This document shows positions 31,076 through 48,443 of a stretch of DNA of 64,000 nt, in pieces; the first letter of the stretch is position 1, and the number at the start of each line of letters is the position of its first letter. Source of the stretch: the human T2T-CHM13v2.0 reference genome, Homo sapiens. The translations under genes and the position numbers were made by a program. Location: the NCBI RefSeq assembly GCF_009914755.1, contig NC_060925.1; one strand, given 5' to 3'. Under the pieces are notes generated by a model. It did no database searches, was not told the DNA's origin, and saw only the letters and a list, made by a program, of their open reading frames with translations.

Positions 31076-31263
31076 CTAGCATGAGCAGTTCTGCTGCAGC
31101 AGCGGTGGGGTGTCCGAGAGACGCGTGTTCTTGGAGGAGCCCAGCATCGACGGGTCTGTGTCCAGCGAATCAGACATCTTGTCACAAATGGCATCCACCA
31201 GGCGCTCAAAGGCCTGCCTTACACTGATGTTCTCCTTTGCACTGGCTTCAAAGAAATCAAACC
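31076..31263 (-). CDS. RAB3B: RAB3B last coding exon (G5 SAK motif, hypervariable tail, CxC prenylation motif)
   Basis: Encodes (G)[64 protein letters not shown]. Acceptor ctcctctttccAG; 188 nt. The tail distinguishes RAB3B from RAB3A/C/D. Confidence 0.98.
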
Positions 31264-33690
31264 CTGGAAAGAGGAGAGATACAGATAAGGACTTTTCCCA
31301 TCCCTTCTGCTGGAACCCTTCTGTGCCCTCAGCCCAAGCACTCTGGATTAATATGTCCAGTGCTCAGCAGTGAAGCAAAGAGGCTAAATTCCACGGACAT
31401 GGGATTCTGCTTCAAGGAGACGGTACAGGGCAGGAGTTTCCTGCACTGGTCTTTCAGTCAGACTGATCCTAGCTCTACCACCGCCCAGCTGTTTAATTCC
31501 GGGCTGAGTCATTTATTCTCTTTACAAATCAATTTCCTGGTTTGTAAAAAGGGATAATTTTACCTACTTCATAGAATTATTTCAAGGATCAGGCAAGACA
31601 ATGTATGTGAAATATATAACCCTGTGCCTGACACAGAGGGGGTCATTAGTGTTTGCTGACAGAGCAAATGCATAAACGTGTGTCCACAGCACCTTACAGT
31701 TTCCAAAGCACTTATCACATAGATTATTTTATTTGATCTTCATGTTGCCCCTGAGGAAGGAGTCTCAGTCAGATCCTCTCCACTTCACTAATACAAACAC
31801 TGGCTTACAGAAGTAAGCTAGCTTGCCCAAGATAAGGAAAAGCACCAGTATGAGAAGCCCAGGTTTTGGACTTTTTCGCAGGGATTTTCCTCCTCTTTCC
31901 CCTGCCTCTCATTCCCCCTAGGCTGGCCAGCTCTAGTCTGGGCTCTAGGAGGCACCTCAAGATTCACACTGAATAAGTCTTCTTTGCCCTTTCCACCCAT
32001 AGCCACACTGGTTTATTTCCACTCAGTGGGGTTCCTCCTCCCTGAATTCCACTAAAACGATCCAATAGATCTCACCCTCCCTCCACAAACCCAACAAAAG
32101 GCCCAGGGAAAACTACATCTCAGGTATGCAACATTCTTGTCTATTTTGTATCTTGAGACCCTTAGCGTCACTTTCTGTGATGAAAAGAACTTGGTTGTCC
32201 CAAGAGACACAGCAAAGGCCCTCCTGATTCCAAAAGGCTGCTTTCCACCCAAGGAATCTTGGTCAGCTTGGTGGCAGCCCTTAGAAGCAAAAGTGGCCCT
32301 CTCCATCAGTCCCCAGCCCTCTCCCACTTCTGTTGTCTGTCTGCCTTCCTCTTTCCCTTCTTTTGGAGCCTTTCCCCTGTGTCCCTTGCATTTTCTCCTT
32401 GGGATTCCTAATATCTTTGGGGCAACTACTACATGCCAGACACTATGCTAGGAGCTTTACTGATATCATCTTCTTTAATCCTCACAATAACCAGTTGGGT
32501 AAATAACATCATCTCCAATTTATAAATGAGAATATGAGAGACTGCATAACTCACACAAAGTCATGTGGCTGTATTAGCGGAAACTGGATTTAGACCTGGG
32601 TTTGGCTGTCTCCAAAGTCCACACACAGCTCTGCCTCTCATTTCTTCCCCCTTTTCTCTTTCACTTTGCATTTTTTTTTCCTGATTATACCTTTTTCTTC
32701 CTTTACAAGTCTCTTTGGCCTCCTCTGCTTTAATCCAACTAACAGTATCTGAGTCTGGGCAAGTCACTTCACCTCTCTGCTCACTTAACCTCTCCAATTC
32801 TCAGACTCCCTGTTGTCAAATAAGACAAACAACAGTGTCTTCCTACCAAGAACAGGTGGGAGGAGTGTGTGAGATGATGAATACATTGCTGTAAAAAAGT
32901 GGCCTGTTATAAAGACAGTTTCCTTCTGTTCTTTCAACTTGTTCCTCCCACCTCCTCTCCATCTTTCTAACATCCTCTTTTATCATCTTCTCTAACAAAG
33001 GAGGGATCTCTTTCCCCCCTCCCTCTTTCTCCCTATTATTCCACCATCCATAGAGAGGGCTGAAGCCCCCCAGGTATAAACAAGGCCTCTCTTTTCCCAG
33101 CCTTTTGGCTGGAAGGCACATGCCATTCCTGCCAGCCCACCTCCAGCTGACAGCCTCTCCTGTGGCCCATCTCCTGACCTGAGAAAGACAAGCAGCAGAA
33201 GTGCCTGCTAATTGTGGACATGTGATGAAGAAGGAGGCAGCTGCTGGCTCATTATACTCAGGCCATAGAAACCCAGTCAGCTTCAGAGACCCTCCAGCAT
33301 ATCGTTTTTCCTTAATGAACGTCACAAAAATGGACTCCCCAGTCTTTGACTGCCTTATCACAAGTGGCAGTGTTTGGGGAGGTGCGGGGAGTGTATTGTT
33401 TATTTGGGAAAGAGGCAGACCAGTAAGTAAGTAAATAGGTTTTCAGCTCAGATGAAGATGAGGACACAGTTCAAGGCCAGGGGCACAAATCCCTTGTGAG
33501 GAAGTGGCACTGAGGGGAGGACATGCCACATTGTACAGAGGGCAGCTACTAGCTGTGTGATCTTGGACAAGTTGCCTAATTGCTCCCAGTCTCTGTTTCC
33601 TCATCTATAGAATGAGGCGAATACTACCTACCCCATAGGATAGTAATGAAAATTAAATCCATGAAAGTATATGACATGATTGGCATGTGA

Positions 33691-34145
<455 letters not shown>

Positions 34146-34438
34146 CACCAAGTCTTTATTGAGCATTGACCTTGTGCCATGTCTTGTGTTGAGTGTTAGA
34201 GATACAGACACAGGGAGATCAATTATAGTTGTAGAAAAGACATGCTAATAAAGGCATCAGTCTCTCCCATCTGCAGTTCACATTAACAGTTCACAAATAC
34301 GAAAACAACCATGTGAGTGGGGTGGGGCAAGGCAAGGGTTAGCACTTGTAATTTGCAGACAGGAAAACTGAGACTCAGAGATGGGCCAGGGGTCTATCCC
34401 TTATGCCTCCTTGTCTCACGCTCAGTTGGAACAGCAAC

Positions 34439-34453
34439 AGAACAAGCTGTAAC
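34439..34453. promoter_or_regulatory. Candidate steroid hormone response element (ARE/GRE)
   Basis: AGAACAagcTGTAAC, i.e. GTTACAnnnTGTTCT on the minus strand. Motif match only. Confidence 0.35.
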
Positions 34454-34582
34454 ATTCTAACCCAGGTAGAGGAAACCAGAGGCCATGCAGGGATGCAGGA
34501 GAGGGAGAGGCTGGCAGGGAAGGAGAGGAGGAGGAAGCTTCTTGAAGTTAGTGAGGATGTGAGCCTTTAAAGTCAGAACTCA

Positions 34583-35075
<493 letters not shown>

Positions 35076-37457
35076 TCAGCTTACATATGGTATCTTCATT
35101 CTCCTCTGTGCTTCCTCCTGCCATAGCACTTTTTACCCTGCATGGCAGAAGTCCATATAGACAGGGAGCTCCCCAAACAGGAACTATGTCATTCTGAGCC
35201 CCAGCACCACCTGGAAGAGTAGGTGCTTAGTGAATGTTGGTGGAATGAATAGTTGAATTAAGGAGGTGGGAATGAGCAAGGAGGGTGTGGTTGAGGGGAT
35301 ACGGATAGTGTGGGTCATGAAAGCTCAGCTCAATGAGCACGGTGCTGGGCATTGGGGACAGCAAGGTGAATCAGACACAGCCCTTACCTTTGAGGAGCCC
35401 CTAGTGTGTTATGGAAGATAGACACATTGACAATATTACAGGGCAATAAGTGTTGGAATGGAGGGAAGCCAGGGGATTGTCAGGGCACAGAGAAAGCATC
35501 TAACCAAGCCTGGAGACCAGGGACGGTTTCTTGGAGAAGCTGATGCTTAAGCAGATATCAGCTAGACAAAGACATGTCACTGTGAGTGTATGTGTGAGCA
35601 CAGGCATGTCTAGCATAGCACAACAGGCAGGGGAGACAGCATGAATAGAGCACAGATAAGGGGGCAAAATCAGCCTTGGTCTATGCCAAAAGGGCCATAG
35701 CAGTTTGTTATCCTTAGAGCAGAAAACCCTAAGTGGTGAGAGTTGAGTCAGCAGGGGGCCAAACAGGGGGAGCTCTTGTGTCATGCCAAAGAGATGTCTT
35801 TACTGTCATCTCAAAGGTACCCGGAATGTGAGAACTGTGACTCAAGTTACCAACTCATGGGTCTAGCCAGCTCAAGGGCCTCTCTTGCTTAGCAGAATAA
35901 CCCCAAATGCACCCCACCCAATTACTGTCAGATTCCTGAAATATTCTTCATTAGTAGGTCCATATGGTAACCTTTTCTTCAGGTTCATTAATAAGGACTT
36001 TTAGGAGCTGAGAATCTAGTGAGGCCAGGAAGATGACAACCAATTATCCAGACTAGCCCCCAGTCCTTTTCTTCTCCTAATTGGCTTCAGAACAATGACA
36101 TTTCTGCTGTTTTTAATGGGGCTCAATTCTTAACTGAATCTGAGATGTTCCTCCACCCCCCAAAAATGATCACGTTTATCTACTCTGTCCAAAGGCAGCT
36201 GTCACAGACCCATAGACTGCATCCACACTGCCTGCTTCTGAATACGACCTCAGAATTCTATTCAGAAACTTGCAACCAGCTAAACTCACCTCTCCTCATC
36301 CCAACACTGCTCCAGAACATGTCTCCTCCACGGTTCAGATCCCTTCTCCATCCTGCTCTGACACCACCTCATCTCTGTCATTTATCAACCTTCAACTCAC
36401 ATCCTCTGGTCACTGATGATTTGGGCTCAGTGGGACTCACTGTCTTCCTTTCTACTCAAGGCTTGTTTTCATTCTCTGGAACTTTGAGTGTCATGTGGAC
36501 AATCCATCCGGCACCTTGGATGGACCTTCTCTTCCATTTTGCTTCAGCTATTCACCTGTCCCTATAACTTGAGCTATTTTGACTTGGATTTGTGTCACTG
36601 GAATTGAAAGAGGTCTGATCAATTCAATATCCAGCCTCACTGGCTGAACACCCAAGACCTGGCATGGCCTGGTCTCTACTCCCCCAGCTTCATCTTCCTG
36701 GCTCACACTATGCTCCAGAAACATCAGTGCTTCCTGATTTTGTGCCATTGCTCATGTTATTAATCTCTAGCTACTACTCCTAATCATCTTCATTATTCAT
36801 CTGTGGAATTACTGATCCCAGAGAAGCTTCACTTTTTCTTCCCCACAACACCTCTACCACTCAGAACATATAATGTCTCTCTCCCCTGTACTCTCATGGC
36901 ACTTTGTGTGATTGTTTCAGTCAGATTCCAACCAGAAAAATGGGAACTATTCTTTAAACCAGAAGGAATTGCTTATATAGGTGATGGAAGAACTAAGAAG
37001 CTAAACAGAATATTGAGGAAACCCAGAGATTATCAAAAGCAAAAAATACTAGTATTAGAGCTAAAAGACGCTGGAACCATGAGAGCAGGAGTCACAGTAG
37101 AGGAGCAGCCCCTGCTGGGGGGCCAGCTGAGGCAGGGGGAAAATACCTGGATTTCTCCCTTTGCTGCATCTCCAGTCACCTGCCAATATCTTCCTTTGGC
37201 TAGTCCCAGCCAGAAGCTACCATCACAGGAGGCTGGGAAACATAGCCTGCAAAGGTCAAACCCTCAGAAGGGGTTGCAGGAAAAACAACAGGAGAGGGTG
37301 AAAAATAATAGCAAGTAGGATGAGGACTGGCATAGCCATCGACCCAAAGAAGGTTATAATTATCTGTTTGCAATTTTGTTTCCCTAGTCAGTGTGCATCT
37401 TGAGGGAAGGGAACCCATTCACCTCTGTGTCCCCAGAGTCCATGATGTGTTCAGTGA

Positions 37458-37800
37458 CTGTGAACTGCCCTGCCTGCAAGAGATTTTATACCTCCACATT
37501 ACCACTAGCTTGCAGTGCCTCCTTGTGGGAAGAATACGTCTCCCCACTCCATTGACATCGAGTTTGATTATGTGACTTGCTTTGGCCAATGGATGTGGGC
37601 AGAAGTGATGTGATCCAAGTCCCAAGGAAGCTTTAAGAGGCTTTGTGTGGTTTAGCCATTCCAAACGGACCCCAGAGTAAGAAAATGCATGGAACAGAGT
37701 TGCAGCTGACTTGTAGCTGGTATGTAATGAGTGAGAAAGAAACCCTTATTCTCCTGACTCAGGCTGTGTGTTACCACAGCATAATCTAAAGAAATCTCAC
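37458..37800 (+). mobile_element. MLT1I/J-like LTR
   Basis: gtgacttgctttggccaatggatgtgggcagaagtga. Confidence 0.65.
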
Positions 37801-38635
37801 CAATATTGTGGCTGAGGGTGGAAATGTGAAGAGAAACTATGACAGGCTTTTGGGAAAACACCATTGGATGATATGAGAACATTAGGATTTTAAGTCAAAG
37901 TCTGAGTTTGAGTACGGGGCCTGCCATCTACTACTTACATGGCTTAGAAAAGTTACATAATCTTAGAGTGGGAAAATAAAGGCACAGAAGTGTGGCACAG
38001 CTCATTGTGTGCAAGAAAATGCAAGTGGTCTGGACTCAGCTTCTTCATCAAGAAAATCACTGGTTTACTGTACTGGTGATAATATACTATGTACTATACA
38101 GCAATACAGATACTGTATTACAATAGCTGATGATAATGCAGCCTTCTGTGCTAGAAGTGACAACAAAGGTCACAAGAGGATTTTCGTGAAAGCATATTGT
38201 GAATTTTAAGTCACTGTTAGTTATTATCAATGCCAACTAGGCCTTTCTTTCTCTGCAACCAGACTCAATGACACAAGGTTCCTTGGTTCATCTCAATCTA
38301 GAAAACACACACACACACACAGATTTATTGAGCACCTAAAATAAGCAAGGCAGTGTATGAGAGTCTGTGGGGTCTGAGTCATGAATGCGGAATTGGGTAA
38401 ACTGAAATCACAGAATCAAAGTGGGATAGGGCCAAACAGATCTTCCTACTCAACTAATCCAAACTGCATGTTTTACAGATAGGTAAATACAGAGACCCAG
38501 AGACAGCAAATGCAATGCTCAAAGTCACATAGTAAAGTAGTAGCAGAAGCAGGATAAAACTCTGAATCTCCTAATTCCTAGTCTGGGCGTGCTTTTCCCA
38601 CTACACTATGCTGGTATGTGTGTGTTTCAAAACTA

Positions 38636-38970
<335 letters not shown>

Positions 38971-39199
38971 AACTACATTGTGGATGGTCTCTCCTTCCTT
39001 TGTAGGCAGAAGCATATTTCCCTTTTACTAGCCTCCCTGGGTTCTGGTCAGATCTCCAGTCAGATCCAGGAAAGGGACAAGAAGCCCCTTTCCGAGGAGC
39101 ACATGGAGGCAGAACCCTAAAAGGTCATGCTTCTTGAAATAAAAGTCCCTAAAACTCCTCTACTGTTCCAAACACCCACCTGCCTCAGCATCTATATGA

Positions 39200-39706
<507 letters not shown>

Positions 39707-40114
39707 TAATACCTGAGACAGCAGAGGGGTAGTCACTGGGTGAGGGTGAGGAAGGCTGAACATCCCCCTTCACTGTTCCCAGATCTGATCATATCCTTGC
39801 AAAATTCTTAACGTGGTCTACAAGATCCTGCATCATCTGATCTCTCCCCATCTGTCCATCCTCATCTCATGCTACTCTCCCTTGATTATTTAGTCCCTGT
39901 GCCATGGCCTTCTTTCAATTTCATGAATATTTCATGCTTTAACCCACATTGGGACTATTCTGGATGTGGAATATGCCCCTCCCTACACTCTACTCTTTGC
40001 CTGGCTAGCCTTTTCTCATCCTTTTGTTCTCACCTTAAGTGTTACTTTCTCAGAAAACCTTAACTCTCCAGCCTAAAATTAGGTTTCTCTCTTGCACTTC
40101 TTCATAGCACTTGT

Positions 40115-40835
<721 letters not shown>

Positions 40836-41569
40836 AAGTAGAACTTATCACAATTTTAACAGCTGTATTGAGCCATAATTCACATACCATACAATTCACC
40901 CATTTATTTGCACAATTTTTAATTAATATTTGTGTAAGTATTTATTTAATGTCTCTTTCCCCATTAGTTCCATGACAGTAAGGATTGCAGCTGTTTGTTC
41001 ATCATTCATTATATCCTAAGTGCCAGGGCAGAACTTGGCTCAGCGTGCTCAATAAATGTTTTTCACTGAATAAGTAAAATGTATTAATGAATATCTACCC
41101 TATGCTGGGTCCTTAGGATAATGAAACAAATCAGACACAATCCATGCAGTAGAAGCCTAGGAGGAGAGATAAACATGTAAATAGGCAAGTTCTGGTGATC
41201 AATAGCAGAAAGCTCAGGGAGTCGAGTTAGGCAGAGATGGGTTACTTTGACCTGCCCAAATCTAACCAATTCATTAAGGTCTTCTTCAAGTGCCTTCCTA
41301 AAAACATGGCACTAAGATTTAATCTCAGGTGTTCTATCTGTGTTCCTAAATAAATTTGATAGGTTTATACTGAGTCCACCACTTGCTAATGGTATAGCTT
41401 GAGCAAGTTATTTAACCTCTCTGAACCTCATTTTTGAGAGTATTGGACATGCTCTATAGTACCTAGCTTGAAGGTTTATAAAGAGACTTAAATGAGATAA
41501 TTAATGCTAAACATTTCACATAGTGCCTTGTTCAATATATATCAGCTATGATTACCACATTTGCTGTGT

Positions 41570-41850
41570 AGTAAAGTTAAGTGGTTAGGAGCACAGGCTC
41601 TGGGAGCCAGACTACCACCTGAGTTGAAATACTGGTTCTACCCTCTTACTAGCTGTGTGACTTTGGCAAGTTACTCAACTTCTCTGTGCCTCACTTTTCT
41701 CATCTGTTAAAAAAAACACACACACACAAAATGTGGAGATAAGGAAAGAACATATCTTGGAGGGTTTTAGAGGGATTAAATTAGATGCATAATACTTTGA
41801 AACACTTAGAATAAATAGTGCCTGACACATGGTAAGCACCTAATAAATGT
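41570..41850 (+). mobile_element. MIR
   Basis: gtggttaggagcacaggctctgg...ctgtgtgactttggcaagttactcaacttctctgtgcctca. Confidence 0.8.
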
Positions 41851-41878
41851 TTAACCAATTCACCTTTAAAAAATCTTA

Positions 41879-42238
<360 letters not shown>

Positions 42239-44466
42239 TTAGAAAATAAATACAGAAAATCATCCTGCACAATTCCAGTGGCGTGAGTCCCCTCTTTGGG
42301 CAACACTACTCCAGACTCACACCATCCAGTGATTTATGGTTCCCTGACCCACAAGGCAGCTCCTTGCCTCTGCCAGGGTTATGCCCCTGCCTGGAATGCC
42401 CTTAACTTTCTTCTTCACTGGACTGGTCCTACTTATCTTCAAGACTCCACTTGGGCATCATGTTCTCTGATCCCAGGAGAATGACGTTCCTCCTCTATGC
42501 TCCCCCAACATCCCTCTGTCACAGCCCTGACCAATTGGACTATGACTGTTACTGTAGGCTTTCTCACTGGATCGAGCTTATTCAGACCAGGAAATGTAGC
42601 CTATTTCACAGCTCAGGGCCTAGAACAGAGTAGGCACTCAGGAAGTCTTCACTGGACAATAAAATGAAGTACCCAAATACTTAACATCATAAAATTAACC
42701 AAAACATATTTTTGCATCCTCCGTGCCCGGCCATATGCTAGGCACAGTAGGCACAAAGACAAACAAGATTCATTTCCTGTCTGCAGGGAACTTTCGGGAG
42801 ACAGACAAGTAAATGAGTGCATCCAACTGTGATGGGTACTGTGACTCTTTTACGTATGGGGTGCATTGAGAGAACAAATAAAGAGCTCTGGCAGGGGGCT
42901 GGGAAAGGTTTCATAGAAGATGTGAAGTGTAAGCTGTTTTGAAAGCTGAGTGGGGTCTCACCAGCTGGATGAGGGTAGAAGATGGGGAGTAGAAGAGAGC
43001 ATTCCAAGCAGATGAAATATAGTCAGTCCAGGGAGAGTGCTGGGAGCCTCCAGGGAGACTACAGGTTGAAAGCCTAAAGGGACCGTCTAAAGTTCACCAG
43101 GTGTGGGCTTCATCACTTGCTTATTGGTCAATGGACCACATGGAGGCACTTTCTGGACTCTGAGAACCTCTGTGATAGTGTAGAGACAGCAAGGCCCAAG
43201 ATGACCCAACCTCCCTGTTTATTAAGCACTTATAGTTTGCTACAGTTTACAGGACACCTTGGGGAGAAAAAAGTATACAACACACACACACCCACATACT
43301 CATAATACAAATATATAAAACACACAATTCACACTTGTATTTTATACAGATTACCCACCTATAAGCCCAAATATCTGTTCTTCAGAAACTGTCAGAGACT
43401 TTAAACTCTCCACTCCTCAATACTTACAACACTAAGGATGTGAGATATACTTAGGGAGACTGTCTAAAAGCTAAGCAGTACATCTATTCTAGAGGAAGAT
43501 TTCAAACTTTCAAACCTACAGGCATGGAACTCTTTTTGTAAGGCAACCTTACCCTGGACCCCAATACATAAAATAAAAGCTCTTCTTTTAAGCAAAGGTA
43601 GGTAGAGTTCTGCTTTGGGGCCACTGAGACATGCCTGGGCACCTAGGCCTCAAAGGAGCACAAGGATCAAAATATGTTAAGCTTGGAAAAAGTCAGGACA
43701 CCGATGAGCTACATACTCAAACCACATAGTTTTGTTCCTTCATACTATTACTTTTGTTGTGAATTGTGTTTTGGTGAGAAGCATGAATTTGCATTGAGAT
43801 AAACTGTAAGAACAGCATATAAATACTCAGTGCTGGAAGGATGTTTGATATTCAAGACATGGTCACATTCAGCATACAGAGTCTGCTCTACAGTTGATGA
43901 TGAAGAGTAGTGCTTCTCTGGAATAATGGGTTTGTTTTTATACTAGGACACTCTAAACCATGTAGCTGATTATGTTTCCCTCTTGGCAAAGGTTGCTAGG
44001 AAGCTCAAAGACAACATTTTGGCCCCAACTCTTGCAGGTGTCCAAGAACTTAATACTTACCCTAGCTTCCTCTTATTTTTCCCTCACCCTTGCTTTCCCT
44101 TTGCTCCAATTTTCTCACTTACTTATTTATTTTTATTGTTGTATTGTGACCATTTTTATAAGATATCTCAAGTCCTTTGTGGAAGGAACTGGTAAAAAAA
44201 AAGAGTTTATAAATTTAAAATTTATTTACACATTCAATATAACAAAATATATACATATCAAAAATGATGAATTATCTAAAACTCACAGCACAAAGCCCAT
44301 ATGTACCTCATACAAATATAAAACAATACACACAGATCACATAGGTACATAATTCACAATCACAACACTAATGTCATAAATACAAACACACTCGTACCCT
44401 GTTTACCCCACTCTCATGAGCATGTGTACAAATGCACACATGCACATACATGTGTCATGTACATAC

Positions 44467-44591
44467 CAAGCTGCTCTGCAAGGAGCTGGCCCTTCTCAGT
44501 GGGAACAACCCTCTCTTCCTCCATGTCACACTTGTTCCCCACCAGAATAACTTGTGCATTGTCCCAGGAGTAGGTCTTGATCTGAGTAGCC
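44467..44591 (-). CDS. RAB3B: RAB3B internal coding exon (G4 NKxD motif)
   Basis: Encodes (W)[41 protein letters not shown](G). Acceptor ctcattttAG; donor G|GTATGT; 125 nt. Phases fit both neighbouring exons. Not present in the ORF track. Confidence 0.98.
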
Positions 44592-44626
44592 CTAAAATGA
44601 GATAGAAAGAGATATGTTAATCATAT

Positions 44627-44968
44627 TCCTATAGACTGAATGTCTGTGTCCCCACCTCCAAATTTACATGTTGAAGCCTAATCCCCAATGTAATGGTATT
44701 TGGAGGTGGAGTCTTCGGGATGTAATTATGTCAATGAGGCTAGAGTCCTAATAAATGTGTCCATATAAGAAGAGAAAGAGGCTAGAGCCCTCTTTCTCTC
44801 TTGGCCATGGGAGGATACAACAAGAAGCTGGCTGTCTCCAGATACTGGAGCTGCTGGCACCTTGATCTTGGACTTCCTAGCTCCAGAACTGTGAGAAAGA
44901 AATGTCCGTTATTTAAGCTACCAAGTCTATAGTATTCTTGTTATAGCAGCCCAAACTGACCAAGACAC
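44627..44968 (+). mobile_element. MLT1A-like solo LTR next to the exon acceptor
   Basis: ctatagactgaatgtctgtgtcccc...ttatagcagcccaaactgaccaagaca. Confidence 0.8.
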
Positions 44969-45638
44969 ATACCCTCCTATGACAAAAAGAAAACTGTGAA
45001 GTGTGAAGAAATGGTTTCTCTTCCACAGGACTAGCAACATCCAAGTTATTGCCAATTAATTCAGCTGAGGACAGACAGATACCTGTCCCTGCTGGCTGTC
45101 ACAGATGCTGACTCCTAAGCCCTAGCTGCAAACCTCATCCATCTTTTTGAAGTCCACCTCTACCATATCTGGCCATCCCTCTCCTCACTGGGCAGAGAGG
45201 TCTTTCTAAAACAGGTATTTGATCACAATGAATCTTTTCTTAAAAGCCTTCTCTGGCCCCCAGCTAGCTATGTGATCAAGTCCAGATTCCTCAGTTCAAG
45301 ATCACTCATGCTGTGTCTCTCCAGCCTCATTACCCATTCTCCTGCCTCCCTAACCTTTTTACTCATTCCCCAAAAGCTCTTCCATGGCTTGTGCTTTTGC
45401 CTACACTGGGAAGTCCTTCCCCACAACTAACTCATCCTCCAGGGCCCAGTGCTGATCCCACAACACCTTGAGGGGAGCCTCTTCAAGCTTCTCCTAGATC
45501 CACTTAGCCTCCACCTCCTCCTATGTGATTCATAAACCTTCCCTGAAGCCTCGGATTATGATTATTTGCAGGAACCAAAATGTCAGCAGTGGTTACCTTC
45601 ATATAAGATGATTATAAGACTTTTAAAAAATACTTTTT

Positions 45639-45953
<315 letters not shown>

Positions 45954-47918
45954 TCAAATTTCTGTACTTTTCACATTTTTAAAAGTGAGCATGTATTACT
46001 TCTTTAATTAAAAACAAAATTTTAAGAGGAAATAAAAAAGGACTCTCTTATATTATGAAGACATCTTTTTGTGGAGATGGGCCTAACATTCCCCAAAGAC
46101 CCCATCAGGTAGAAATGATTACTTCCTCTTTTGGTCTCCTGCACGTTCACCATGACACCTATTACACTTGGCTGAATTTGTCTCTCTCCCTGAGGGCAAG
46201 GACCGGCCTATTCATCTTTGGGATGCCAATACCCAGCACAGAACACACAGCGAAGAAGGTGTCAGTGAATGCTGATAAATGAACGAGCCAGTGAATGGTC
46301 AGTCCTGAAGCAGATCTTGAATCTGACTCTACCCTGACACTGACAACCTAACTCAACCCTAACTGCAACCTGAACCTACTACTGACCCTGCTCTTAAAGT
46401 TGATCTTACCACCAACCTTCTCATTTATGGTGAGAAGCCATTCCCTCAAAGGATGGAATTCACTCAACCACCACTTCTTGTGGGCCCACAGGAAACCAGG
46501 CCCCATTCTGGGCACTGGGGCTTGGATGGCAGGTAGGGGTGAGACTGAGACCAAGTTACCCACAGACAAAACTCAAAGGCCAGGGCTTGGGAGAGATAGA
46601 CCCTCAGTCTTCAGACTCAAGGCAGGTAACTGGGGCCAGCTCTCCTTATCTCCCATGCTACTCTTTCTTTCATCTTCCTCCCTTCTCCCACCCCATTTCC
46701 TCTCAGCTCCCAGGTTAGCAACAAACTCAGGTTATTCTTGGAGGAATCGTCACCAGGTGTTAAAGTCACCGTGTTCCTGAGGCAGAATGAACAGAGACTG
46801 AGGGAGGAAGGGAAGGGGGTCAAGGCCAACAGGGAAATGGGCAGCGTGGAGACACTTCAGGGGAGATGTGATGAGAGAGAAGAGGAGGAGCAGGGAGAGG
46901 GGAGGAAGGGAGGAAAATGATGAGTGGAGAGAGTAAAGGGAAGGGGAAGAGAACAGAGGAAGGAGAGGAGAAAGACCCAAGGTAGAGGGAAGAAAGAGTT
47001 ATTTAAAAGGAAGGGACAGAAAGGAGGAAGAAGAGGATAACCAGGAGGCAGAAAAGGAGAACACAGACCCCCAGGAATGACAGACATGCTGATGACACCC
47101 TGAACTGCTGGTCAGAACAGGGGAGTGCAGCAGGCAGCCCACAAGGTCACTCTCAGCTCAAGCTGTGTATGTGAAGCCAACACAATTATGACAACTGCTC
47201 CCTGGGAGAAGCGAAGTCCTCGAAGGTCACCATTAGGCAAAAGGGAGAAGGAGACAAGCCCAGCACTGGCCAGCACTGCTGCTGTGTGCCTGATCTGCTC
47301 AGCCTCTCCGATTCTGAAGGACAGCCACCACACAGATGTCCCACCTTCCCCCATCCTCATCTGAGCAGGGACACTGGGTCCTGGCCCTCCCTCTCATGTG
47401 TCCTTCCCCTCAGGCTCCCTTCTCCTGGGAATCGTGCCCCAGGAAGAAAGCTATAAGTTGCTCAGAGGTTGCAACTCTGGGGTGCTGTACTGATTTCCAT
47501 TGCATATTGAGCCTTGATGAACTTGGACTGTATGTGCTCCTGGACACCTGGCTCAGCCCAGGGATAAACTTTAAGTGCTATGTGGATTCACTCTCCACTG
47601 GAGCTACAGTAATCTTCCTGAAACACAAATGTGAACCTGTTGGTTTCTAATTCATACGTCATCACCTATGGGACAGAATCCAAACTCCTTATAGCAGCAC
47701 ACAAAACCCTTCATGACCTATGCCCTTCAACACTCGCACCTACCTTCTCACCTTTGCACATCTGTACTCATTTTCTGGAACATCCTTATTCATTTGTCCC
47801 TCGGGCTAACTCCTGTTCATCTTACAAAATGCAGCATATGTGTCAGCAACTCCAGGGCACTTTCTCTGACTCCCTAAACTGGGTCAGAGAGCCCTCTGCT
47901 GGGTTCCCACAGCCCTGA

Positions 47919-48263
<345 letters not shown>

Positions 48264-48443
48264 TATCACATGATATTTTCATTCCTGCTTATGGATCTGT
48301 CTTCTGCTCTCGTCTGTAAACTCCTGAGGCCAGGAACCATGTCTGATTCATCTGGGCTTCCCCAGCACACAATACAGGACCTAGCACATGTTAGGTTTTA
48401 ATGAACAGTTTGTTAAATGAATGAATGAATATGAGTCTCATAC

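Noticed and set aside
32843-33361. 172-aa minus-strand intronic ORF
   Set aside because: Non-ATG start, no homology I recognise and no clear splice context.
36803-37318. 171-aa plus-strand ORF
   Set aside because: Overlaps decayed LTR- or L2-like sequence, has a non-ATG start and shows no protein-family signal.
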